Source: an uncultured Candidatus Saccharibacteria bacterium | GTDB lineage: Bacteria > Patescibacteriota > Minisyncoccia > Phycocordibacterales > CAIZLB01 | Reading direction: 5' to 3' | Length of the DNA stretch: 58,674 nt | Assembly (NCBI GenBank): GCA_964367655.1 | Contig: CAYIYJ010000003.1 | Coordinates: forward strand, 3,041-61,714 | Part shown: piece after piece, positions 9,228 to 18,165 of the stretch | Layout: each line of letters opens with the position of its first letter | How positions within the stretch are numbered: position 1 is the first letter of the stretch | Position numbers and translations under genes: made by a program | Notes under the pieces: generated by a model | Told to the model about the DNA's origin: nothing | The model's input: only the letters and a program-made list of their open reading frames with translations | Database searches by the model: none

Positions 9228-9503
9228 ATGCTATATGTGGTTAAAAAACTACAAAATAAGAATCCTGGACAAGAACCAGGTTTTTATTTTGTAGCTAAGA
9301 AAAAACTCTTTAAAAAAGCTGTAGAGAGGAATAAGGTTAAAAGAATAGCTAGACATGCCTTTGCAAAAGCTTTGCAAACTGTAGATCTAGATAGTAAAAC
9401 CCTACCCTACTCATTAGTGTTCTTTTTAGAACGTGATATGATTCAAGAGTCCTTCTCTTCTGTTGTTAAACAGTTTGCTGAAGATTTGTTAAAAAATAAA
9501 TAA
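9228..9503 (+). CDS. rnpA: RNase P protein component
   Basis: Basic 91-aa protein with KAVERNKVKRIARHAF; sits in rpmH-rnpA-yidC order. Confidence 0.8.
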   Translation: MLYVVKKLQNKNPGQEPGFYFVAKKKLFKKAVERNKVKRIARHAFAKALQTVDLDSKTLPYSLVFFLERDMIQESFSSVVKQFAEDLLKNK

Positions 9504-9514
9504 ATACACAATAT

Positions 9515-10255
9515 ATGTTTCATTTCTTGTTTTACAAACCAATGTACAACGCTCTGGTATTAATACTTTCTATTGTACCGGATGGTAATATTGTCTTTGC
9601 TGTTATTTTACTTACAGTTCTAGTTAAAGTACTACTACTCCCTCTTTCTAAGAAGATGTTTCTTACTCAGATAACTCAAAGAAAAATCCAACCTCTACTA
9701 AAGAAAATTCAAGTTGAATATAAAGATAATCGACAGATGTTGGGTTTGAAAATGCTTGAGCTATATAAAGAACATAAGATGAATCCCTTCTCATCAATAC
9801 TTCTCCTTCTTATTCAGCTACCTATTGTGCTAGCTCTATATTTTGTATTCTCTAGAGGTGGTTTGCCTACTATTCAAGTATCGGATCTATATAGTTTTAT
9901 TCCACATGTTGTAAACGTCGAGCATGTTTTGTTTGGTGTTGATTTTATTAAAGCTAGTGCTGTTGTTGGTGTTGTTGCTGCTGTATTCCAATATATACAG
10001 ATCAGACTATCCCTACTCAACATGCCTCAACCAACTAAAGGTGTTGCTTTGAAAGATATGACTTCTGAAGAGCAGATGCAAAAACAGATGTCTTTCATGA
10101 TGAGATATTTTATTCCTATCTTGATTCTTATTGCTTCAACAAAAGTTTCTGCTTCTGTGGCGTTGTATTGGATTGTAAGTTCTATCTTTATGATAGCTCA
10201 AGAGCTCTTCTTTAGAAGAAAGTTTAAAGATCAGTTGGAAGTGTCTCAAAAGTAA
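9515..10255 (+). CDS. yidC: Membrane protein insertase YidC (short form)
   Basis: Polytopic 246-aa protein with LLPLSKKMFLTQ...KIQPLLKKIQVEYKDN...NPFSSILLLLIQLPIVLALY; conserved position after rnpA. Confidence 0.88.
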   Translation: MFHFLFYKPMYNALVLILSIVPDGNIVFAVILLTVLVKVLLLPLSKKMFLTQITQRKIQPLLKKIQVEYKDNRQMLGLKMLELYKEHKMNPFSSILLLLIQLPIVLALYFVFSRGGLPTIQVSDLYSFIPHVVNVEHVLFGVDFIKASAVVGVVAAVFQYIQIRLSLLNMPQPTKGVALKDMTSEEQMQKQMSFMMRYFIPILILIASTKVSASVALYWIVSSIFMIAQELFFRRKFKDQLEVSQK

Positions 10256-10273
10256 TTGTGTGTATGATAAAAA

Positions 10274-10306
10274 CCGTAGGGGTTATCTTCCCTACGGTTT
10301 TTATTT
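10274..10306. terminator. Bidirectional rho-independent terminator between the convergent yidC and the 478-aa gene
   Basis: CCGTAGGG (10274-10281) pairs with CCCTACGG (10290-10297). It is flanked by an A-run upstream and a T-run downstream. Confidence 0.7.
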
Positions 10307-10311
10307 TTATA

Positions 10312-11748
10312 TTAAAGTTCGTATTTCCAAAGGGTTAGAGAGTATCTATCTTGAAACAATAAATACTTACCAGTAGAAGAGATTTTTATAGATAATACAT
10401 CTATTGGTGTTGTTAATTGATCTTGAAGAGGAACTACAACAGAGAATTCACCAGTTGAAGCGTTAATTGACCAGATGTTATCTGAGAAGCTCGTCTTATT
10501 TTGATACCAAGCATCTGGGTATGGTGCATTGGGTAATTTTTGAGGGATACCACAGAATACAAAAGTAGACTCTTTATTCCAAACACATTTTTCACTTAAA
10601 GTTGCTTGTGTTAATCTGGTATTTTTCTTTGTTTTTACATCAAATAGAAAGCTCTCTAAACGGTCGTTTATTATTTCGTTGTAAATAATCTTTGTACCAT
10701 CTGGAGATACAAGAGTTGTTAGTCCATACTTCCCTCCTAGTATGTATTCATTGTTTCCTGTACCATTTGTTTTTACAAAAAATAGATATCCAGGGAAATA
10801 TGCACTAGGTTTTGTTGTAAGTGATACAAGATCCTTATTTACATATTGATACAACCACTCTGTTAGAGATGTGTTTATCACAGTGTTTAGGTTTGATCCA
10901 TCAGGATTCACAGACACACCTCTTCCTGTTTTTGAAACAACATAAAACAGTGTACCTGTATTAGGTAGAACTGATACATGTTCTGAGTTTATACTTAGAT
11001 TCTTTATGTTTGTTGAGTAGATTGTACTTGTTGAGGTTTCTTTATATAGTTTTATGGCTCGTGATGTTATAGATTCGTTATCTGATGAGACACCTCTAAC
11101 AACAACAGTTGTTGGGTTTATAAAGAAAGCTTCTTGTATTCGTGGAAGTGTAAAGTTTGATAGTTTGAACACATCAGTTGATGATGATAGGTTTTCATAG
11201 ATGTGACCTGTTGATCTATCCCAAAGATATGCGAATTCTTGGTTTTTAAATATTGTTTTTTTGTAGATAATTACAGGTGTTGTTGTTGCCTCCACTACTG
11301 GTTTTTTAACAACCTCTTTTTTCTCATCGATGCTTCGAATGGTTGTTGAAGCGCTTGTCGTTGTGGCTGCTACAACTACAGGTTTTGCAACAATTGAAGA
11401 TGATGTGGATGTTACTTCGATGTCTTTGTATACAAAGTCAAAACCAGATACAGGTTCTTTCCATAGTTGTATCAGTCTTTGTTTTAGAACTGTATCAGAG
11501 GGTGTTTGGTTTGTGGTTGTGTTTTCAACTGGTGAGTTTGTAAAGATTCCTATCTGAGGATCTTCCACGTTTGTACTGGTAGACACTCGTTGTTGAAAAG
11601 CTGTCTTGCCTGTTTTAGGGTTTGTAACAATAGGTTCAGCTTTGTTTAGAGATGCTTTATAGAATGTTATTCCAAAATAAACCCCTACCCCAATGACTAA
11701 GAGTATTAGAACTATTAATATTGTTTTATATGGATTTTTTTTATTCAT
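10312..11748 (-). CDS. Membrane-anchored exported protein with a probable TolB/PD40-like beta-propeller; last gene of the T4SS-like array
   Basis: N-terminal TM helix ILIVLILLVIGVGVYFGITFY, Thr/Ser-rich linkers, and recurring NPDGS / SPDGTKIIY / STGKYLLF repeats. Confidence 0.5.
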   Translation of the reverse strand: MNKKNPYKTILIVLILLVIGVGVYFGITFYKASLNKAEPIVTNPKTGKTAFQQRVSTSTNVEDPQIGIFTNSPVENTTTNQTPSDTVLKQRLIQLWKEPVSGFDFVYKDIEVTSTSSSIVAKPVVVAATTTSASTTIRSIDEKKEVVKKPVVEATTTPVIIYKKTIFKNQEFAYLWDRSTGHIYENLSSSTDVFKLSNFTLPRIQEAFFINPTTVVVRGVSSDNESITSRAIKLYKETSTSTIYSTNIKNLSINSEHVSVLPNTGTLFYVVSKTGRGVSVNPDGSNLNTVINTSLTEWLYQYVNKDLVSLTTKPSAYFPGYLFFVKTNGTGNNEYILGGKYGLTTLVSPDGTKIIYNEIINDRLESFLFDVKTKKNTRLTQATLSEKCVWNKESTFVFCGIPQKLPNAPYPDAWYQNKTSFSDNIWSINASTGEFSVVVPLQDQLTTPIDVLSIKISSTGKYLLFQDRYSLTLWKYEL

Positions 11749-11750
11749 GT

Positions 11751-12992
11751 TTAGTTTTTTGGAATAAGTCGAACTGCAATCTGGCCACCATCTGGTACAC
11801 CAATGTCTCTTAGAACTTTTTTAGAAACATCAAAATCTGCATTACTACCTGCTTGTGGATGAGGACCCCAGTCTTTTACAGCTACCCCGTTCTGTGCCTG
11901 TAGAATGATAGATTGTTTTGTTTGTAGATTAACAACCTCAACATCAAAATCTCTAAGTCCTGAAGGTCCAACCATTCCATAGTTCCATCTAGCAGATATG
12001 TACTGATCGTTTTCTGTATCCAAATCTCTTTCTGTCATTGTTGAGTCAACACCTAGTTTTGCATCTGAGTTCTGGTTTTCATCTGATGGTCCTCCAAAAG
12101 TTGAAACTTTTCCTACATAGAATGTTTTACCATTAACTTCGATAGGTGTGTATCCGTCTTCTGTATATGTAATGGGGTTACCTCTACTATCTCGTACTGT
12201 GTTAAGACCTCCACTTTTTGCAAATTGAATACTTTCATTTCGAGGATCAATATTCCCTGCTGTTATAGGTCCAAGAAATGGAGCTGTTCCATTACCTGGA
12301 ACACCGGCCATTATACTTCCCATAAAGTTTGCATTAGCTTGAGCTGTGCTTATATTTTGGACATTTGCAGCAGCTTGTCTTTTACCTTGGTCTATTGTTT
12401 TCTCGAAATTGGTGTTTTTTACCGCCTCATCGAAAGAAAACTCTACTAAGCGGTTATTTACTGTATATAGAAGTACCCATGCTCCTACAGCCAACAAGAG
12501 GCCTTTAAGGGCTCCCATAAGCATCTTCTTAGCAGACCGCTTCTTGTCTGGGTTTGCTTGACTTACGATCATAGTAATACCTGCAATAGATATGTAGATA
12601 ACTGCCAAAACTGAACATATTCCTATAAAGATTCTAAATACAACAAAGATAAATCTATCGGTACTACCAGCAATTTTTATACAGTTTGTCCCCTGTCGGG
12701 TTTCTATGTTTAAAGCGTTCTTAAAAAGTGCAAAGTTTGTATCGATATTTGAAAACGGCATGTACAAGCCTTTATTTTCAAGGTATGGACAGGTTTTGCT
12801 GTTACCATATAATGTACTCGTAATAGATTTATTGTTTACGTTTTGACTACCATTACCTAAAGGAACTGTAGGATAAGGTGCTACTGTGTTTGGGGCTGTC
12901 TGAGCAGATACAGTCTGTGTGTGTAGAGTTAATCCAAAAGAAAACAATATAAGTATTGTTAGTATGTTTATTGTATGTGTAAATCCTTTCAT
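11751..12992 (-). CDS. Fusion protein: signal peptide, T4SS-pilin-like (TrbC/VirB2-type) TM hairpin, and C-terminal RlpA/DPBB-like putative cell-wall lytic domain
   Basis: Signal peptide ending VSAQ. TM hairpin FIFVVFRIFIGICSVLAVIYISIAGITMIV - ANPDKKRSAKK - MLMGALKGLLLAVGAWVLLY. C-terminal VSTFGGPSD...ISARWNYG...VKDWGPH...ADFDVSKKVLRDIG...GQIAVRLI resembles the RlpA-type double-psi beta-barrel. Confidence 0.5.
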   Translation of the reverse strand: MKGFTHTINILTILILFSFGLTLHTQTVSAQTAPNTVAPYPTVPLGNGSQNVNNKSITSTLYGNSKTCPYLENKGLYMPFSNIDTNFALFKNALNIETRQGTNCIKIAGSTDRFIFVVFRIFIGICSVLAVIYISIAGITMIVSQANPDKKRSAKKMLMGALKGLLLAVGAWVLLYTVNNRLVEFSFDEAVKNTNFEKTIDQGKRQAAANVQNISTAQANANFMGSIMAGVPGNGTAPFLGPITAGNIDPRNESIQFAKSGGLNTVRDSRGNPITYTEDGYTPIEVNGKTFYVGKVSTFGGPSDENQNSDAKLGVDSTMTERDLDTENDQYISARWNYGMVGPSGLRDFDVEVVNLQTKQSIILQAQNGVAVKDWGPHPQAGSNADFDVSKKVLRDIGVPDGGQIAVRLIPKN

Positions 12993-14017
12993 CTTGTAGT
13001 ATCTATTATATATGAAATATCTCTAGATTGCAGAAGTGATCGAGGTTGTTCTATGGATAGAGATAGAATAGATTCCTCGTTGTCTCGAGTTTTTTTGAAA
13101 GATATTGAATTTGTATTTTCTTTTATCAGTTCATTGTTTACAGACCACTTGTATACCCCACTAAGAGAGGATGGTATTCCAAAATAAAGCGGATACGCAA
13201 CCAGTGTTGCTTCTGACTTTATAAACTTGAATGTATCAGAAATTTGTTGAGTGAATAATATTCCAAGTAATGGTGTACTTTCATACATAAAGACATTTGT
13301 ATCAAAAGTTTGAACTCGAATAGCTGCAGTACTATCAATCTGACTGTCTGATCCAGTATCACGACTGCCATTCCTAAAAGCTGATATACCAGTCATGTTT
13401 ACTTCAAAATAAGGTTCTTGAAGCAGTAAATCACCTTGATATATATAGGTATTTCTACCAACACCTGATTCCTCCCCTATCACTTTACCGTCAACTTTCC
13501 AGTTGTAGTTGTAATAATTGTTAGTTAAAGGATTTTTTGCATCTAGGTTTAAAGCGTGAAGGATTATAGAAGACTCTGGTGTGTATAAAGACTTTCCTTT
13601 ATAAAAAGGTGGTGTATATGTGTTTGATTCCCAGACAATAACTGTGTTTTGAGGATTAAAATTCCAAACCTCCTCAGTTGCACTACCCTCACCTGTTAGG
13701 ATAACCAAACGTACTGTTGTTTTTTTTGCAAGGAAAAAAGATATCTTTGAACGTCCAATACCTTTTTCATATTCTTTTCCATCAACATACCATGTAAATA
13801 AAGCATCTTTTATAGGTGTACCATACATCTCAGTTGAGATCTCTACAGTGTCCCCTACTCTAGGTCTTGTTGGTAATACATCAAAATAAACCTTTTCTTT
13901 TAGTTCCTTTACACCGTTTGGGCCTGACAACTCTGGTGTTTGAGCGAAAATAGTTTGACTATATGCAAGAGAAAAAACAAGACAGAAACCTATTCCTATT
14001 TTTTGCCACGTATTCAT
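12989..14017 (-). CDS. Secreted protein with three repeated beta-sandwich-like modules
   Basis: Signal peptide (IFAQ). Recurring W-x-V-[DN]-[GN] anchors: FTWYVDGKEYEKG, YNWKVDGKVIGEE, YKWSVNNELIKEN. 4-nt ATGA overlap with the downstream gene. Confidence 0.5.
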   Translation of the reverse strand: MNTWQKIGIGFCLVFSLAYSQTIFAQTPELSGPNGVKELKEKVYFDVLPTRPRVGDTVEISTEMYGTPIKDALFTWYVDGKEYEKGIGRSKISFFLAKKTTVRLVILTGEGSATEEVWNFNPQNTVIVWESNTYTPPFYKGKSLYTPESSIILHALNLDAKNPLTNNYYNYNWKVDGKVIGEESGVGRNTYIYQGDLLLQEPYFEVNMTGISAFRNGSRDTGSDSQIDSTAAIRVQTFDTNVFMYESTPLLGILFTQQISDTFKFIKSEATLVAYPLYFGIPSSLSGVYKWSVNNELIKENTNSISFKKTRDNEESILSLSIEQPRSLLQSRDISYIIDTTR

Positions 14018-14036
14018 TATTTGTATTATACCTTAT

Positions 14037-15848
14037 TTAGTTCCGTAACCAAGTTTTCTTCTCTTCTTTCATCTTTAGAATCTGTGCAGGATCTGATGTG
14101 ATGATTTTACTTTCTGTTTCAGATGATACAACCTGCAAAGCAACGTGTTTTGTACCTGCAAAGAATATTCCTTCCCCTACCGCAGACTCTAGAAGTAGGT
14201 ATTTTTCCTCATCTGTAAGGTTGAATGTTTTTTGTACCATATCTATAGATGATGGTGATTGCTTCATCATGAACTGCATAGATGAGTTTGTGATGATTGG
14301 CAGTCCGTAAGGTGACTTTAGGAAGTCTTCAACGTCTTGAGTGATTGTGGACATTCCGAGGTAGTATTTTCGGCCTCTTTTTGCCAATCCGTATAAGAAT
14401 GAAGCTGTGTCTTCTGATTTCATCATCCACCAAGCCTCATCAATAACCAAAAGTCGCTTTTTAAGCTCTTTTCGGATTGCATTCCAGATATAGTGCATAA
14501 CTATATACATCGCTACAGGTTTAAGCTCATCTTCCATGTCTCGAAGAGAGAAAACAACGAATTTTTTATTAATATCAAGGTTTGAAGGTCTGTCTATGAA
14601 TCCTGCCCATGTTCCTTTGGTATATTTGGTCAATCTTTGTACTAGTGACTCCCCACCCTCCATTCCAGCCAATACAAGCTCGAAGTCTGACATAAGTGGA
14701 GGTTCAACCGCTGAAAAGTTTGATTCAGGAGAAATATCTTTAAGTGCATAGGTTTCAGTGATAGCTCGATCGATGATTGAATCTTCTTCTTGAGTAAGAC
14801 CTCCAAGCATGATTCGGAATAGTCCTACAAGGTTGATGATGTGTGAACGTAAAACATCTGCACTGGATTCATCTTCTCGAGGGATTGGCAGGTCAAATGG
14901 GTTAATATGGTTCTCTGAAGTAAGAGAGATGTTAAAGTATCTTCCACCTGTTGTTTCTGCTAGATATTCATATTCCCTCTCAGGGTCAAGAACAATAACA
15001 TCAATATCAAACATGAGTGATCGAAGAATCTCTAGTTTTGTAGCATATGATTTACCTGCTCCAGCCTTAGCGAAAGTAACAGAGTTATAGTTTTCAAGGG
15101 AGAATCTATCAAAAAGCACCAAACTACTGTTATGTTTGTTTATTCCGTACAATATACCTTTATCTGAAGTAAGGTCAAAAGAGATAAACGGGAAAATACT
15201 TGAAAGAGGTGCTGAATTGAGTTTTGTGTGAACATTCATCTCATCAACTGATACAGGAATAGCACTTCTAAAACCTTGTTCTTGTTGAAATAGTGATGGT
15301 TTTATGAAAACCAAGGCTGCCTCCAGGGTACTTTTTATTTCTGATTCGATTCTATTAAGCTCATCTTCTGAATCACCATACACAGATATGTAGATACCAA
15401 CATCAAATAGTTTTTCTTGGGCCTGTTGTAGATTGTCTCGTAGGTTTTCAAGGTTTTGATAAGAAGCTTCTAGTTGAGGATCTCGAACTAGCCCCTTCTC
15501 TTCTCGCTCAACGATCTGGCTTTGTACTTCGGCTACTTTCTTCTCAAACTCATGAAGAACTGAGGCTGTGTCTATAGGGTGAATAAAGATTGATATATCA
15601 AAAGCCTTATCTAGGTTGATGATTGGTGAAAACCAACTGTCTGAAAGGTATTTTGGATAAGACATCACAAAAAAACTACGAACAAGTTTCTCTCCCAGGT
15701 TCAGAGTCTTAGGACTAATCTTTAGAGCGGATGGTGCAATAATATCTTTCAACTCAAGAACAGAAGATCTGTATATATCTCGAGGAAGTACAGATGTTAT
15801 CTTTGTAAGTTGTTGATTCTTTGGTTTTAAAAAGTCGAAAAATCCCAT
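14037..15848 (-). CDS. VirB4/TrbE-family type IV secretion ATPase
   Basis: Walker A FAKAGAGKSYATK, Walker B RLLVIDEAWWMM, downstream RGRKYYLGMSTITQ. The 603-aa size and N-domain layout match Gram-positive VirB4 proteins. Confidence 0.85.
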   Translation of the reverse strand: MGFFDFLKPKNQQLTKITSVLPRDIYRSSVLELKDIIAPSALKISPKTLNLGEKLVRSFFVMSYPKYLSDSWFSPIINLDKAFDISIFIHPIDTASVLHEFEKKVAEVQSQIVEREEKGLVRDPQLEASYQNLENLRDNLQQAQEKLFDVGIYISVYGDSEDELNRIESEIKSTLEAALVFIKPSLFQQEQGFRSAIPVSVDEMNVHTKLNSAPLSSIFPFISFDLTSDKGILYGINKHNSSLVLFDRFSLENYNSVTFAKAGAGKSYATKLEILRSLMFDIDVIVLDPEREYEYLAETTGGRYFNISLTSENHINPFDLPIPREDESSADVLRSHIINLVGLFRIMLGGLTQEEDSIIDRAITETYALKDISPESNFSAVEPPLMSDFELVLAGMEGGESLVQRLTKYTKGTWAGFIDRPSNLDINKKFVVFSLRDMEDELKPVAMYIVMHYIWNAIRKELKKRLLVIDEAWWMMKSEDTASFLYGLAKRGRKYYLGMSTITQDVEDFLKSPYGLPIITNSSMQFMMKQSPSSIDMVQKTFNLTDEEKYLLLESAVGEGIFFAGTKHVALQVVSSETESKIITSDPAQILKMKEEKKTWLRN

Positions 15849-15860
15849 GTGTATATAATA

Positions 15861-16484
15861 CTACATCTTTATTGGTTTCTCTGCATCTCCTGGATTAAAT
15901 ATTCTATAAAACAATTCAACAAGTTCTTCACTTCCCAACCGTGCAACCTTCACACCGCAACGTGCAAGACCTTGTTCAACAACAGATACACGTTGTTCTA
16001 TCTGACTTTTCACTTCTTCGAAGGCATCATCTTTATTTTTCTCTATAGTTTTTTCATCTTTTTTACCTAAGATGTTTGATAGTGCGCCTGATGGTTTTGT
16101 ACTTCCTGCGTATGGTACTACGACAAAGAAACTTTTTGTCATAATACTTGATATCTCTGTGAGTCCTTTCACAAAGTTCATATACTCTGTAATCTGCATC
16201 TTCATAAGATCTGATGTTTGTGCTTTTAGACGATCATCCAACAAGGCTATATATGGTCTAATATCTAGTTTTCGTGATTGTATATATACTTGGATTGTAA
16301 AATCAAGAGAGTTTAGGAAGTTTTGGAACTGATAGATAACAGATTCCTGCTCTTCTATAGATTTAAGGGCAAAGTTTATAGATGAAGCAAGGACAACAGC
16401 TCGCATAGAACCGTCTTTAAGTATGAGTACACCTTCGCGAACCTCTTGGATAGGTACAAATTCTTGTGAAGGATTAAATGACAT
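15861..16484 (-). CDS. Stand-alone VirB4 N-terminal-domain-like protein (maximal ORF reaches a TTG at 16490)
   Basis: PIQEVREGVLILKDGSMRAVVLASSINFALKSIEEQESVIYQFQNFLNSLDFTIQVYIQSRKLDI has the same order of elements as the N-terminal domain of the adjacent VirB4. No ATPase motifs. Confidence 0.45.
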   Translation of the reverse strand: MSFNPSQEFVPIQEVREGVLILKDGSMRAVVLASSINFALKSIEEQESVIYQFQNFLNSLDFTIQVYIQSRKLDIRPYIALLDDRLKAQTSDLMKMQITEYMNFVKGLTEISSIMTKSFFVVVPYAGSTKPSGALSNILGKKDEKTIEKNKDDAFEEVKSQIEQRVSVVEQGLARCGVKVARLGSEELVELFYRIFNPGDAEKPIKM

Positions 16485-16554
16485 ACACAAAGTATAACTG
16501 TTTATGGTGTGTATGGGAAGATGAAGGTGTTTTATTTATTGTTGAAATGGCATT

Positions 16555-16664
16555 GAATCGGTCCTTACAGGACCAGTACAGGCTTCCCATTTTCTCAAAG
16601 CAAAGCTTTTCGAAAATATGGGAGAGCCTTTTCGATTCGCTCCCGAAAGCGCATTGGCGCTTTC
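16555..16664. ncRNA. Candidate structured RNA or DNA element of unknown class, next to tRNA-His
   Basis: Closing helix GAATCG(16555-16560)/CGATTC(16633-16638) encloses GTCC-ttaca-GGAC and a long imperfect hairpin, GGCTTCCCATTTTC(16581-16594)...GAAAATATGGGAGAGCC(16612-16628). This is followed by the perfect hairpin GAAAGCGC-attg-GCGCTTTC (16645-16664). Confidence 0.25.
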
Positions 16665-16704
16665 TTAGCCGCTGGTAGAGTATTATAAGATTTTATTTCG
16701 TCAC

Positions 16705-16779
16705 TGGGGCGGCTAGAGAGAATCGAACTCTCGACACAGGATCCACAAACCTGGGTTTTACCACTAAACTATAGTCGCC
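16705..16779 (-). tRNA. tRNA-His (GTG) with encoded G-1 and 3' CCA
   Basis: The reverse complement folds as a cloverleaf: G-1, acceptor GCGACTA/TAGCCGC (one A-C mismatch), anticodon loop TTGTGGA, T-arm GAGAG-TTCGATT-CTCTC, discriminator C, CCA. Confidence 0.85.
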
Positions 16780-16803
16780 ATATGTTCCAACTGTATATGT
16801 ATA

Positions 16804-17247
16804 TCAGTGTTTTGGGGTTTTTTCAAGGTCTGCAGTAGAAAATACGTTGTCTTTGATGTCCAAACCCCAAGCTAGATCTTTTAGCTTACTCTGAGATAAT
16901 GTTGGGGCAACAAACTCATCTGCAATGTTGTTTGTGTGTTCGTTAGCTGCTTTTGCCTCGACTGGCTTGTCTACCTTCTTCCAAACGTACAACTTGCCTC
17001 CTAAAAAGAAAGACAAGGCAGCCTCCAGGGCTGCAACAAACGGTCTTCCGTTTATCTTTATGAAAGCTAGAGCAAAACTCAATAGACACAGAGGTATTAT
17101 TAACAGTATTCCTGGAAATAATCCTAAAACCTTATATATGATATATGAACCCCCTGCCCCACCAAGTACATACGCAAATTGCCGGAAAGAAAATGGTCCG
17201 ATTATTTTACTTTCGAATTCAATAAATTGTGGTACTTGATAACGCAT
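16804..17247 (-). CDS. PrgI-family (VirB3-like) T4SS membrane protein
   Basis: N-terminus MRYQVPQFIEFESKIIGPFSFRQFAYVLGG followed by two TM helices, the hallmark layout of PrgI-family proteins. Confidence 0.7.
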   Translation of the reverse strand: MRYQVPQFIEFESKIIGPFSFRQFAYVLGGAGGSYIIYKVLGLFPGILLIIPLCLLSFALAFIKINGRPFVAALEAALSFFLGGKLYVWKKVDKPVEAKAANEHTNNIADEFVAPTLSQSKLKDLAWGLDIKDNVFSTADLEKTPKH

Positions 17248-17253
17248 GTGATC

Positions 17254-18144
17254 TTATTCTATAGGCTCACGATAGATATCGTGGCTTATCTCTATCTTAG
17301 CAGGTTTTGTAATTATTGGTTGAATTGGTGGTTTCGGTGTTTGTTCTGCTTTTACAGGTTGTGGGGCGACTGGTGTTTCAACATGTATAGGTTCTTCTAT
17401 GTGTGTATTTTCAAGCTGATGATCGGGCGGTGTTATCTTCTCTTCTACAACAGGTGGTGTAGGTTTTATTACTTTGAATATTGGTGATGAAAATGATTTC
17501 TGTGGTTGTTCTAACTCTTTCAGGATATCTTCTTTTTCTGATTGTAATGTTTCTGTTGGAGTTGTGGCTGATATATCTAGAGTTGCGGTTTTTAATGTAG
17601 GTTCAGCAATGTTTCTCTTGTTTGCTAGATATTGTGCTGGTGTTACTCCCTCCATATGTGCCATATCTTCTTCTGAGAGGTCTCCACCGTTGGCTTTTAT
17701 CTCTTTTTCTACCTCCTCTACCACTTTTACATATTCATTGTCTTGTTGTGCGTAGATGGTGTTTATTTCCTCTATCTCCTTTTCAGCATCGTTTAGATAT
17801 GTTTTTTGCATCTCTTCAACTTCTCGCTCCTCATCTTTAAACTTCTCAATACGTTGTTTTATCTTTTCAATAATGGTGGTGTTTATCTCAACTAGGATAT
17901 CACCTGCCATCTGATAACTTACTTTACCGTCATGAAAAAGACTTTCAACAAATCCTGTAGGATCTATATCTCCCAGTATAAACTGTTGACATAGTGTTTC
18001 CAATGTAGCTGATTGATCAATATGAAGTCGATATTTTTTCTTTATAGTTTCAAGTTCTTGAACATAATCCGTTTCCTCAATAGACCAGCGTACATAGTCT
18101 GGAAGTGTTTCTAATTTTTCTTGAAAATATGTAGTGTTGTTCAT
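17254..18144 (-). CDS. Acidic hypothetical protein with a Pro-rich C-terminus and no TM helix
   Basis: 296-aa ORF 6 nt upstream of prgI-like. E/K-rich coiled region and a PxP-rich tail. No known motif. Confidence 0.5.
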   Translation of the reverse strand: MNNTTYFQEKLETLPDYVRWSIEETDYVQELETIKKKYRLHIDQSATLETLCQQFILGDIDPTGFVESLFHDGKVSYQMAGDILVEINTTIIEKIKQRIEKFKDEEREVEEMQKTYLNDAEKEIEEINTIYAQQDNEYVKVVEEVEKEIKANGGDLSEEDMAHMEGVTPAQYLANKRNIAEPTLKTATLDISATTPTETLQSEKEDILKELEQPQKSFSSPIFKVIKPTPPVVEEKITPPDHQLENTHIEEPIHVETPVAPQPVKAEQTPKPPIQPIITKPAKIEISHDIYREPIE

Positions 18145-18165
18145 ATTGTATTAATTTAACTTTGG

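Noticed and set aside
16478-16678. 66-aa plus-strand ORF in the tRNA-His-adjacent gap
   Set aside because: It coincides with the nested hairpins, has a Trp/Cys-rich implausible sequence and runs against all neighbouring genes. The region is better explained as a structured non-coding element.
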